64,000 bases of DNA from Pseudomonadota bacterium (lineage in GTDB: Bacteria > Pseudomonadota > Alphaproteobacteria > Rhodobacterales > Rhodobacteraceae), in the NCBI GenBank assembly GCA_039816045.1, contig JBCBYB010000009.1, positions 55,791 through 119,790 of the forward strand, read 5' to 3'. The notes beneath the pieces are model-generated. The model was not told where the DNA came from. It ran no database searches and worked only from the letters and a program-made list of their open reading frames with translations. Positions 9,766 to 18,353 of this stretch are shown here, piece after piece (position 1 is the first letter of the stretch; each line of letters begins with the position of its first letter). Position numbers and translations under genes: made by a program.

Positions 9766-10923
9766 TCAGAGCCGCGGTTGCCAGAAGCGAAACCGCCCCT
9801 GCCCTGTCATTTCCCTGACGAGCCCACGGCGCTCGAAAGCATTGAGCAGATCGCGCGACCGCGTACCGGTAAGGCCGAGCTCTGCAGCCACGGCCGAGGC
9901 CGACAGAACTGGCCGCGCGAGGAACAGATCGGCAAGTGATGGTGCGCCGCGCCCCCGCATGCCCTGAATGGCGTTCGCCACGCGCTCGCGCCAATCCGCC
10001 AAGGCGCTCAATCGGGCGCGCCCGGCGATCGACGCTCCGGCCACTGCATCGAACCAGGCTGCCAGGAAGCTCTCGGGCATGCCGCCATAGCGCAGCGCCG
10101 CCGGTGGACGGCCGAGCGCGAGCGGCAGGAAGGTCAAACCGACATTGGCCTCAATCCGCGCTGGGGCAAGCGCCAAGTGACCGGCGAGCGTGGCGGGCTC
10201 GAGAAGCTCCTGCATCGCCATCCGCGGCCAGAGCCGGAACCCGAACCCGGCACGAACGATCGGATGCGCGTCCAGGCCTTTGACAACGGACAGCCAGGCC
10301 TCCGCGTGGTCCCGGCCCATTTCCGGGAGAAGCTCGCGGATCGGATCGGACATATCATCATTGCCGGGCTCAGCGACCGTCCGGTATCCGAGCGCCGTCG
10401 CAACGGTCTCAGGGTCGCTCAACTTGCGAGGCGCTGAGATGGCGCGGCGGAGCGCGGAGGTTGCGCGGCCCATCACGGCGGCGTCGTCGCCCACGCGCCC
10501 GAGGCGCTCGAGATCCACCAGAGCGAGCCGCTCAGGCCGGATGCGGTGCCCTTCTGCCCAGACGAGATCGGTGATCTCCAGCAGGGCCAGATGACGCAGG
10601 CTGCCCTCCCGACGCTGGCTCGGCTGAGTGAGCAGCCGCTCGTCGAGCCGTGCGACGGCATCGGCGGCAGCCGCGAGCTGCCTTGCGAGCGCTTGCTCGG
10701 CGCGCTGCCACTGGACGCGGTCATCGACCGATGCCCTCGCTTGAGGGTTGAGATCGACCAGCGGTTCCAACGCGGGCGGGTCAAACCAATGGCCAAGGTC
10801 GTCCTCCGTCTCCTCACGATCGTAGATCGACGGCGGGCCAAGGAACGCGTCCTCAGGCACATCGTCGAGTGCAGTGGTGCCAAAGTTCTGTGGCGGTTTC
10901 CTGTTCATTCGCAGAGAGTACAC
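9766..10923 (-). CDS. Plasmid HTH protein (DUF1612/HTH_13-like; Fic-N-like N-terminus)
   Basis: LAAAADAVARLDERL segment and C-terminal winged HTH (PVLSASAVAAELGLT...LLNAFERRGLVREMTGQGRFRFW); start may be 10908. Confidence 0.7.
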   Translation of the reverse strand: MYSLRMNRKPPQNFGTTALDDVPEDAFLGPPSIYDREETEDDLGHWFDPPALEPLVDLNPQARASVDDRVQWQRAEQALARQLAAAADAVARLDERLLTQPSQRREGSLRHLALLEITDLVWAEGHRIRPERLALVDLERLGRVGDDAAVMGRATSALRRAISAPRKLSDPETVATALGYRTVAEPGNDDMSDPIRELLPEMGRDHAEAWLSVVKGLDAHPIVRAGFGFRLWPRMAMQELLEPATLAGHLALAPARIEANVGLTFLPLALGRPPAALRYGGMPESFLAAWFDAVAGASIAGRARLSALADWRERVANAIQGMRGRGAPSLADLFLARPVLSASAVAAELGLTGTRSRDLLNAFERRGLVREMTGQGRFRFWQPRL

Positions 10924-11104
10924 GATTGAAGGCCATTTTTAGTGGAAGAATTGGTGTTGCCCGGGACTTCTGGTTCAACAGCATCTGGCGTGTAAGTTCG
11001 TACGCTCGAAGAAGACCCTCCAAAGACGGGATATGGAGCGCAACCAACTGAATTTGTGCCCTTTTCCCCACGAGCGCATCGACCTGCCAGCCATGAAAGC
11101 GCAC

Positions 11105-11133
11105 TTGAACGCGTTTTCAAACGACCGTTTGAA
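11105..11133. other. Palindromic site, candidate resolvase (res) sub-site
   Basis: TTCAAACG-AC-CGTTTGAA (11116-11133) overlapping TTGAA-CGCGTT-TTCAA in an AT-rich intergenic region 0.8 kb from a serine resolvase. Confidence 0.4.
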
Positions 11134-11253
11134 GGCTTGCGGGTGTTTGTAAATTGGATTAGTCTAAGAACGAAGTATGAACACGAACGGTGTCTGGACG
11201 GTCGAGAATGAGGAACAGCCTGCGCAGGAGAGCCCCCTGCCCTTCCCGACCTT

Positions 11254-11655
11254 TCAGGCGAAGGGATTGACGAGCTTCACGCCATGAACGGTCCGACCCG
11301 CCTGCATATCTTCCGTGTAGAGGACCCCTGCCCCGGCCTCGACTGCCGCGGCGACGATCAGGCTATCGTAGACGCCGAAGCCCGTCTCTCGCGCGATCAC
11401 AAGGCCCCGCGCATGCACCTCGAGGGTCAGCGATCGGATGTCGAGCACCTGCTTCACGCCGTCGAGAACCTCCAGGACATCGTCCCAACCCATGCCGAGC
11501 TTGCGCCGCATGACCGACGCCGCCTCGTTCAGGACCTGGACGCTGATCGTCCCCCCATCGGCAAGAAGGGCCTCAGCTGTGTCGGCCTTCGCCGTCTCGG
11601 CCGAGAGCAGATAGAGGATGACGTTGGTGTCGAAGAACCGGCCCTCAGCGCTCAT
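11254..11655 (-). CDS. vapC: PIN-domain toxin (VapC-like)
   Basis: FFDTNVILY, ISVQVLNE, YDSLIVAAA and LYTEDMQ PIN motifs; start overlaps the antitoxin stop. Confidence 0.93.
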   Translation of the reverse strand: MSAEGRFFDTNVILYLLSAETAKADTAEALLADGGTISVQVLNEAASVMRRKLGMGWDDVLEVLDGVKQVLDIRSLTLEVHARGLVIARETGFGVYDSLIVAAAVEAGAGVLYTEDMQAGRTVHGVKLVNPFA

Positions 11656-11875
11656 GGGCCTCGTCCCGCTCGAAGCGGAACCCGGCGGGCAGGCGCCCAC
11701 GGTGCTTGCGGAGCCGTTCAAGGAGGGCTGCCCTGCTCGGCGCCTTGCTTACCGCGAAGCTCCGTGCGTCGGCGACGAAGATCTCGATATCGTCGCCCTC
11801 CTTCAACTCCAGCGCATCGACCACCGCCGCCGGCAGGCGCACGGCCAGCGAGTTACCCCATTTCGAGACCTGCAT
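11645..11875 (-). CDS. vapB: AbrB/MazE-fold antitoxin (VapB-like)
   Basis: MQVSKWGNSLAVRLPAAVVDALELKEGDDIEI. Confidence 0.93.
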   Translation of the reverse strand: MQVSKWGNSLAVRLPAAVVDALELKEGDDIEIFVADARSFAVSKAPSRAALLERLRKHRGRLPAGFRFERDEAHER

Positions 11876-11888
11876 CTGCCATCCTCTG

Positions 11889-11912
11889 GATATACATTGA
11901 ACCAGGTATATC
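11889..11912. promoter_or_regulatory. Inverted-repeat operator of the vapBC promoter
   Basis: GATATAC-N10-GTATATC just upstream of the antitoxin start. Confidence 0.55.
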
Positions 11913-11942
11913 TAAGCGCCCAGCTGGCCGCTGGCTATCCGG

Positions 11943-12884
11943 GTGGCGGCGGTGAGAAAGACCGCGACCGCGCCGCGTCTGATCGGCTATGCTAGGGTCT
12001 CGACCGAGGACCAGGCCACGGATCCGCAGATCGGCGAGCTCCGGACCGTTGGGTGCTCAACGATCTTCCAGGACAAGGCCTCCGGCGCGCAGCGGAGCAG
12101 GCCGGAGCTGGCTCGCGCGCTCTCAGCACTGAAACCCGGCGATGTCCTTGTCGTCGCAAGGCTCGACCGTCTCGCCCGGTCGCTCAGCCATCTGCTCGAG
12201 ATCGTCGAGGACTTAGAGGACCGAGAGATCGGGTTTCGATCGCTCGGCGACCCGATCGACACGACCTCGCCGCAGGGACGCCTCACACTCCAGATCCTCG
12301 GCGCCGTAGCCGAATTCGAACGCCAGCTCATTCGCGAGCGCACGAGATCGGGTCTCGCCTCGGCACGTGCAGAGGGTCGGCGTGGCGGCAACCCTGTGCT
12401 CTCGGCCGAGGATCCGATGGGACGCCGTCAGCTCGCTCGCGCGCGAGACGAAGCCAGATCTGACAAGGTCCTCCAGGCGATCGACGACATCGCGCCGCTC
12501 GTCCGTCGGCTCCGCCCGGGCGCGAGCTGGGACCGGATCGCGCAGATCCTGATGATCCGGTCCGTCACCCGCCCATGGGACGCGCGGCCCTGGACCCGCG
12601 ATAGCCTGACCCGCGCCTGCAAACGCTTGGTGAAGGACGGCTTCCTTCCGGCCGAGGTCATGGAGCGCGGTCCCCGAGGCGCCGAGAACGACGGCCTCGT
12701 CGAGCTCGTCGCCGCGGTCTGGAGCGCCATGCCCTCTCCGTCCCTCACGGCCTGCGCACGGCACCTTCAGGCGCAGCATGTGCTCACGCCGAGAGGTGGT
12801 TTCCGGTGGTCTGCTTCGTCGGTACGCAATCTGCTTAAGCGCGCGCGTGAACGAGGCCTCGTTGGTGAGTTCCCGGCAGCATAG
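11943..12884 (+). CDS. Serine recombinase (resolvase family) with extended C-terminus
   Basis: IGYARVSTEDQ (catalytic Ser), DKASG, VVARLDRLARS and AVAEFERQLIRERTRSGL motifs. Confidence 0.95.
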   Translation: MAAVRKTATAPRLIGYARVSTEDQATDPQIGELRTVGCSTIFQDKASGAQRSRPELARALSALKPGDVLVVARLDRLARSLSHLLEIVEDLEDREIGFRSLGDPIDTTSPQGRLTLQILGAVAEFERQLIRERTRSGLASARAEGRRGGNPVLSAEDPMGRRQLARARDEARSDKVLQAIDDIAPLVRRLRPGASWDRIAQILMIRSVTRPWDARPWTRDSLTRACKRLVKDGFLPAEVMERGPRGAENDGLVELVAAVWSAMPSPSLTACARHLQAQHVLTPRGGFRWSASSVRNLLKRARERGLVGEFPAA

Positions 12885-12989
12885 GCTGCTTGCCTTTCGG
12901 TCCGAAACCCACGCCCAAGATCTGTGGAGGCTGCTCTAGTGCACCCCCTTCAGCTTGACCCCGACTCTGATGCAAGCCGCTCTACCAAG

Positions 12990-13007
12990 CGTCACGCGCG
13001 CGTGACG
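12990..13007. repeat. Perfect palindrome copy 1 (candidate parS)
   Basis: CGTCACGCGCGCGTGACG. Confidence 0.7.
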
Positions 13008-13083
13008 TTCTTTCCAACAAGTGAATGCGCAGATCTTGATGAGCGTCCTCTGGCAGAACATCGTACCACCTCGCCAAACACCG

Positions 13084-13103
13084 CCGTCACGCGCGCGTGA
13101 CGG
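13084..13103. repeat. Perfect palindrome copy 2 (candidate parS)
   Basis: CCGTCACGCGCGCGTGACGG, just downstream of repA. Confidence 0.7.
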
Positions 13104-13115
13104 TACTGTCGGTCA

Positions 13116-14183
13116 TCACGGCGACCCCCTCCGTTCGAACCAACTCTGGCAGAACTTCACGAAGTGGCGCTCTGGGCGCTTGGGCTCGATCTCCTCGGCC
13201 GCACACCATTTTCGCCATTCATGTTCGAGAACATAGACGTCCCACCCGGGCGCGACCGTGCGAGCGTCGGAGTAAGCTTCCGGATTAAGCGGTCCGTCGT
13301 ACGCCTCGTCCTGTTGAGCGGGCGCAGGAACGGTCCCGCGGCTCCGGAAGATCACCATCGAACCTTCGAGGGTCGGAATGTAGTCCGGGAAATGGTCGTG
13401 CTCAGCGTTGGCCTCGACCACAGTCTTAACGAGCCTCTTGAACTCCTTCGAAGTCGATTGAGATCCACACTTGAGCTGCAGCTTTTCAAGACCAATCCGC
13501 CACTCTGGCGCCTTGCCGCAATGCTTTCGAGCAATCTCATACATCCTTCGCTCGAGGGGCTTGCGAAGCCGAAAATAGTCTCGGCTGATAGTAAGAACCT
13601 CTTTGGCCCGGATAGCGTTGAAGACCCAATCCGAGAGCGTGACTTGGACATCGAGCAGGGCACCGTCGCTGTCCCTACGAACAGTCTTGGCGCTCTCGAC
13701 CAAACCGAACACCTGCCACTGGCGTTCCGTACCCGTGACGATGTTCGTCTTGATGGACGTGCCCCTCAGTCGTTCAAGCGCCTCCTCGGCGCGATCGTAG
13801 GCACTACCACCAATCGGCTTGCCCGTTGCGATCAGATAGTCACTGACCTTGAAGCTCACGGTCTTGGAGACTTCTCGACCTTCGTTCAACGCTGCGATGA
13901 GCTGAGAAATACAGAAGATGAGGATGTCGCGATCGAACACCGTCGCCATTCCTTTAGCCGACGGCGATATTTCGATGTAATTCTCACCATTCTCGTATCG
14001 ACGTGAGTTATGATCTGGGCGCTTGGAAATCGAAAACACTGGGTGCTCCATGCCCGCCATATCGCTCTTCGGCGCTGCATCAAAAATGTCGCAGATGAAC
14101 AGGTCGGGTTGCTGGAACCGATCGGGTAGAAGCGGGCTTCGCTTGTTCGATCGTGAAGCCGGCTCATCTGGCTTATCACCCAC
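13116..14183 (-). CDS. repA: Plasmid replication initiator (RPA family)
   Basis: DLFICDIFDAAPKSDMAGMEHPVFSIS, GMATVFDRDILIFCISQL and LTISRDYFRLRKPLERRMYEIARKHCG; GTG 14183 with GGAGG RBS. Confidence 0.92.
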   Translation of the reverse strand: MGDKPDEPASRSNKRSPLLPDRFQQPDLFICDIFDAAPKSDMAGMEHPVFSISKRPDHNSRRYENGENYIEISPSAKGMATVFDRDILIFCISQLIAALNEGREVSKTVSFKVSDYLIATGKPIGGSAYDRAEEALERLRGTSIKTNIVTGTERQWQVFGLVESAKTVRRDSDGALLDVQVTLSDWVFNAIRAKEVLTISRDYFRLRKPLERRMYEIARKHCGKAPEWRIGLEKLQLKCGSQSTSKEFKRLVKTVVEANAEHDHFPDYIPTLEGSMVIFRSRGTVPAPAQQDEAYDGPLNPEAYSDARTVAPGWDVYVLEHEWRKWCAAEEIEPKRPERHFVKFCQSWFERRGSP

Positions 14184-14330
14184 CCAAGCCTCCCTCCCTT
14201 GGCCTATCGCACACCACCCTAGCCTTGTCTTATCGCCCACCAGAGTCAACCCTTGTCTTATCGCCCACGATCTGACCACCCAGCTTCGTCATATCACCCA
14301 CCGATTCGCGTATGCTGGCTTATCGCCCAC
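14170..14330. repeat. Iteron array (6 direct copies of G(G/T)CTTATCGCCCAC-like 14-mer)
   Basis: Copies start at 14170, 14201, 14227, 14255, 14288 and 14317 (spacing 26-33 bp); inverted copies at 14666 and (degenerate) 14684. Confidence 0.88.
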
Positions 14331-14403
14331 TAATCCAACTGTCAGCATCCATCGCCAGAGCTCCTGTGGCATAGGAAGTACGGCCCCAGCCGACGCCTAG
14401 CAC

Positions 14404-14412
14404 TGTGGATAA
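14404..14412 (-). promoter_or_regulatory. DnaA box in putative oriV
   Basis: TGTGGATAA, the reverse complement of the consensus TTATCCACA, between the iterons and an AT-rich tract. Confidence 0.75.
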
Positions 14413-14499
14413 CTCACATACCAGCGCTGTCAGATCACACACAGAACCTTGGCTGATCACCCACCATCTACTGTCTGATCCCACACCACACGGTCCGCT

Positions 14500-14580
14500 A
14501 ATACGATGATTCCAAACCATAATTTGAAGATCTTGATGGCCTTAACCCTATAGATAACTCTAAAATAACACCCACTACGA
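14500..14580. other. AT-rich tract, candidate DNA-unwinding element of oriV
   Basis: taatacgatgattccaaaccataatttgaa...ctctaaaataa is markedly AT-rich against the GC-rich background. Confidence 0.55.
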
Positions 14581-14789
14581 GGCGACACCTCAAAAACTCG
14601 GCAAGGACAATCCGTCGACAGACCTGAAGCACACGCCGAAGGCTGGGAAACGAAACAATCCTAAAGTGGGCGATAAGACAACGGTGGGTGATGAACTCAG
14701 ACATCGCCAAAAAACATTCTTGCCTTGCCCAAATGTTCGCGAGATTCTGAAACCCGCAACAAAACCGCGAACATCGCGAGGCAACGAGC

Positions 14790-16160
14790 ATGAGCACCGA
14801 ATCAACGATGGCGGCGCGCCTTCGAATCGACCCAGCGGAAGCGCTTTCCGCACTCCCGAAGCCATCCAACACAGAACGGTTCTCGGTAGCCGCCACCATC
14901 TGCGACAGAGCACGCGAAGATCTCGCTCGGAGAGGCTACAAACCTGACGGAGAAAAACATCTCCGGCGTTTCAGCATTTGGGAAATCACCACCTATATGA
15001 TGCCGCTAACAGCACAACACCTGCGGCGTGTTTTGAAAGCAAACCCAGAACTCCCGCAGGGCACGACAGAAGGGCCACGCGCTACCCGCTGGTTCAATCT
15101 CGAGGAAATAAACAAAATACGCGCATTCCTCGATGATCAAGGCCAACAGACAAAGGGCTACCGTCCCTATCGACCGCGCGACCTACCTGCCAAGATCATA
15201 ACTCTATCGAATTTTAAGGGGGGAGTCGCAAAGACCACAACCGCTGCTCATCTTGCAATGGCAGCCGCCTTGGACGGCTATCGTGTGCTAGTCATCGATC
15301 TAGACAGCCAAGCCTCGATGAGCACGATCTTCGGGGTGCCAGCGGAACACGAAGCCGAAACTGCGTATGCCGTCCTCAGTCGTGACAGGGCCCGGCATCT
15401 CGAGGCCAGACTTAGTGGGGCAGGGCGAGGAGAAGCAGAGCTCAGCGAAGATGTGCGGGCCGCATTAACGGTCGATGCCGATAGCGTCATCCGCCCAACT
15501 CATTGGCCGACCATCGACATCCTTCCGGCGCAGCTGAACCTCTATTGGGCAGAGTTCCAGGTACCCGTTTGGCTACAGGGACAGCGGGATTGGCCTTTCT
15601 GGGGCGCGCTACGTCGGTTCCTCGCCGCGGAAAATCTGCTTGAGCAGTACGACATCATCATCGTCGATACACCGCCGGCACTCGGCTATCTAACGATAAA
15701 TGCTCTCGACGCGGCCGACATCCTTCTTATTCCGGTTGGAGCCTCCTTCATAGAGTTCGACTCTACAGGACGCTTCTTCGACATGTTGCACACGACCTTC
15801 GCAAGCATCGAAGAGTCGATGGCACGACTGACTGATCACCCACCAACCTTCTCATGGGATGCGGTGCAGGTTCTCCTGACCCGATACGACGCAGCTCAGC
15901 AGAGTGATCTCGCGAACGTCATACAGGTCTACCTCGACGACTTCGTAGCGTCGCATCGGCAGGAGTTCACGGCACTCGTGGGCCAGGCTGGCGAACGGGT
16001 GTCCGGAATCTATGAAGCGGACTACACAGATTTCAATCGCGATACCTACAGGCGAGGGCGTGAGAGCTTCGACCGAACATATCTCGAGATGAAGCGATTG
16101 CTCGTTGGATGCTGGGAGCGCGATCGCCGCGCCGCCGCGGAAAAGGGAGAGGTCGCATGA
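14790..16160 (+). CDS. parA: ParA Walker-type ATPase with N-terminal HTH
   Basis: NFKGGVAKTTTAAHLA, VIDLDSQAS, DTPPALGYLT and FIEFDSTGRF motifs. Confidence 0.95.
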   Translation: MSTESTMAARLRIDPAEALSALPKPSNTERFSVAATICDRAREDLARRGYKPDGEKHLRRFSIWEITTYMMPLTAQHLRRVLKANPELPQGTTEGPRATRWFNLEEINKIRAFLDDQGQQTKGYRPYRPRDLPAKIITLSNFKGGVAKTTTAAHLAMAAALDGYRVLVIDLDSQASMSTIFGVPAEHEAETAYAVLSRDRARHLEARLSGAGRGEAELSEDVRAALTVDADSVIRPTHWPTIDILPAQLNLYWAEFQVPVWLQGQRDWPFWGALRRFLAAENLLEQYDIIIVDTPPALGYLTINALDAADILLIPVGASFIEFDSTGRFFDMLHTTFASIEESMARLTDHPPTFSWDAVQVLLTRYDAAQQSDLANVIQVYLDDFVASHRQEFTALVGQAGERVSGIYEADYTDFNRDTYRRGRESFDRTYLEMKRLLVGCWERDRRAAAEKGEVA

Positions 16161-17248
16161 GCAGAAAGCGCCTGGGTGCTATCGATCCCAGCGCCGCGCG
16201 CGAGGTCCGCGAAAGCGCCGAACAATCCGCAAAGGAGAGCCGTCGAGCAGCACTCGGCACGGCACCCCCAATCGCTCAGGTTGCCGGCGAGGTTGGACAC
16301 GGGATCGAAACTGAGCTTGCACGACTTCGCGAAGAGAACCGACAGCTCGCCTCCCGAACGGAAGAATTCTCTAAGGCAGAAGCTGAGGGACGTCTCGTTC
16401 ATCGCGTCCCGTTGGACGATATCGATGCACAAGCCATCCTCAGAGATCGGAGCTCTCTCGATCGATCCGCGGAGGAGTGGGACGCACTCAAAACCAGTCT
16501 CAAGTCGAACGGGCAGCAGACACCAGTCGAACTCGTACCAATGTCTGACGGCGAAAAGCCCTATGGTCTTGTCACAGGCCTGCGTCGCCTCTCTGCGCTC
16601 TTAGAACTACGCAAAGAGACCGGTGATACCCGCTTCGATACGGTTCTGGCCTTCGTCAGACCGCCTCGTCCCACGGCCGACAAGCTAGTCGCCATGATCG
16701 AAGAGAACGAGATCCGGCTGGGAATTAGTTTCTACGAACGCGGACGAATATGCGTCCTCGCTGCCGAGGCGGACGTTTTTCCAGACACCGAAGCCGCCAT
16801 TGGCGGGCTGTTCGCCAGCTCCAACCGCAATCGGCGCTACAAGATCCGTTGCTTCGCGACAATTCACGAGGTCTTGGGATCGAGGCTCAAATTTCCTGAG
16901 GCAATCGGTGAACGTCTGGGGATCGCGATCGCCCAGGAGCTTCGGAGTGGTCGTGGTGAGGCCCTCGTGGCTGGTCTAGACGAGTGGCGTGACGCCCTGA
17001 CGACTTCGGAAAAGGAAGTTGCGTTTCTGGGAGAGTTCGTCGGATCTCGAGGCCGTTTCGCTCAGCGAAGAGCCGGCCGGCAATCCCCAGTCCGCGCCGA
17101 ATGGAAGGGTCGCGACGGTGCTCGGGTCACCGCCGTCAATCGAGATGGCAAGGTCGCCGTAACGATCGAGGGGCTCTCCGACGCAGATCAGAAGGGTCTG
17201 GAGCGTCTCGTAACCTGGCTTGGGGCCCGTGTGCAGCCAGACAGATAG
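16157..17248 (+). CDS. parB: ParB partition protein
   Basis: ATGA overlap with parA; GQQTPVEL, YGLVTGLRRL and MIEENEIRLGISFYERG motifs. Confidence 0.93.
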   Translation: MSRKRLGAIDPSAAREVRESAEQSAKESRRAALGTAPPIAQVAGEVGHGIETELARLREENRQLASRTEEFSKAEAEGRLVHRVPLDDIDAQAILRDRSSLDRSAEEWDALKTSLKSNGQQTPVELVPMSDGEKPYGLVTGLRRLSALLELRKETGDTRFDTVLAFVRPPRPTADKLVAMIEENEIRLGISFYERGRICVLAAEADVFPDTEAAIGGLFASSNRNRRYKIRCFATIHEVLGSRLKFPEAIGERLGIAIAQELRSGRGEALVAGLDEWRDALTTSEKEVAFLGEFVGSRGRFAQRRAGRQSPVRAEWKGRDGARVTAVNRDGKVAVTIEGLSDADQKGLERLVTWLGARVQPDR

Positions 17249-17255
17249 TGAGGGC

Positions 17256-17277
17256 GCCGTCACGCGCGCGTGACGGC
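17256..17277. repeat. Perfect palindrome copy 3 (candidate parS)
   Basis: GCCGTCACGCGCGCGTGACGGC, 8 bp after the parB stop. Confidence 0.7.
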
Positions 17278-17315
17278 TCTTTGGGGAGAGGCGAGAGCGA
17301 GGTTCGGGCCAGAGC

Positions 17316-17335
17316 GGCCCGAAACGGGCCTTTTT
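17316..17335 (+). terminator. Terminator-like hairpin after parB, also part of the conserved upstream element
   Basis: GGCCCG-AAA-CGGGCC followed by TTTTT. Confidence 0.5.
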
Positions 17336-17353
17336 GAGAGAAAGGAGCCCGGC

Positions 17354-18271
17354 ATGACCCGCACCGCACGAGAGATCTGCCTCGCCCTTGGTGGGCGGTG
17401 GCATGAGTCGTACGGCACCGCGTGGTGTCCCGCCCACGATAACAGACGGACACCGGCACTGAGCCTTGCCGACGGCCGTGACGGCCGTTTGCTCGTGAAG
17501 TGCCATGCGGGCTGCGACTTCCGCGACATCATGGAAGCGCTGCGCGACCGTGGTCTCGTTCCTCCGCTCAAGCGGAGATCATGGCGGCCGGCGCCCACCA
17601 GAAGGCGTTCAACCCTCTTTGAGGACGCCCTCGGCGACCCGGCAACGACGCCAGCGCATCGCGAGACCGCGATGCGGCTCTGGGGTGCGTGCTTGCCGCT
17701 CGAGGACACACTGGCGGCCGACTACCTCGAATGCCGTTCCATCACGCTTCCGCGCGCGGACGCTTTGCGCTTCAGCCCATCCTGCTGGCACGGGCCGCAT
17801 GCCTGCTCCTATCCGGCACTCGTCGCGCGCGTGGATCGGGTCGGAGAAGAGCGCCCGGTCGGCATCCACCGAACCTATCTCTCGCTTCGCGCGACGAAGA
17901 TAGCGCAAGACCCCGCGCGGCTTACGCTCGGGACAATTCGGGGCGCGGCCGTGCGCCTCGTCCAGTGGCAGGGGGCCTTGCTCGTCGCCGAAGGAATCGA
18001 GACGGCCCTCTCCGCCGCCGCCCTGACCGCTCCTTCCGGTGCCTCCGTCTGGGCGACCCTGACTGCTTCGGGCATGGCGGGGCTTACCCTCCCGACAGTT
18101 CCCGGCGACCTTATCATCGCTCCCGACAATGACGCGGTGGGTCTCGCCGCTGCAGCGGCGCTCGGGCAGCGCGCGAGAGCCCTTGGCTGGAGCGTCAGCC
18201 GCCAGACGCCGCCGGCAGGATTTGGCGACTGGAACGATGTCGCGCAGTCAGGGGTGTCGGCTTCGGGGTAG
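17354..18271 (+). CDS. Zn-finger/Toprim-domain protein (primase-like)
   Basis: CPAHDNRRTPALSL, VKCHAGC, GIHRTYL, VAEGIETALS and IIAPDNDAVG motifs. Confidence 0.9.
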   Translation: MTRTAREICLALGGRWHESYGTAWCPAHDNRRTPALSLADGRDGRLLVKCHAGCDFRDIMEALRDRGLVPPLKRRSWRPAPTRRRSTLFEDALGDPATTPAHRETAMRLWGACLPLEDTLAADYLECRSITLPRADALRFSPSCWHGPHACSYPALVARVDRVGEERPVGIHRTYLSLRATKIAQDPARLTLGTIRGAAVRLVQWQGALLVAEGIETALSAAALTAPSGASVWATLTASGMAGLTLPTVPGDLIIAPDNDAVGLAAAAALGQRARALGWSVSRQTPPAGFGDWNDVAQSGVSASG

Positions 18272-18353
18272 GGCAGGGCGGGCGTTGAGAGGAAAGCCGG
18301 GTCGGGTTCTTGGCGCCCCCGGATGGGGGGCGGCAAAGAAAAGGATCCTCCAC

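Noticed and set aside
14170-14330. Regularly spaced repeats as a CRISPR array
   Set aside because: 14-bp repeats with 12-19-bp gaps beside repA and a DnaA box, and no cas genes: iterons.
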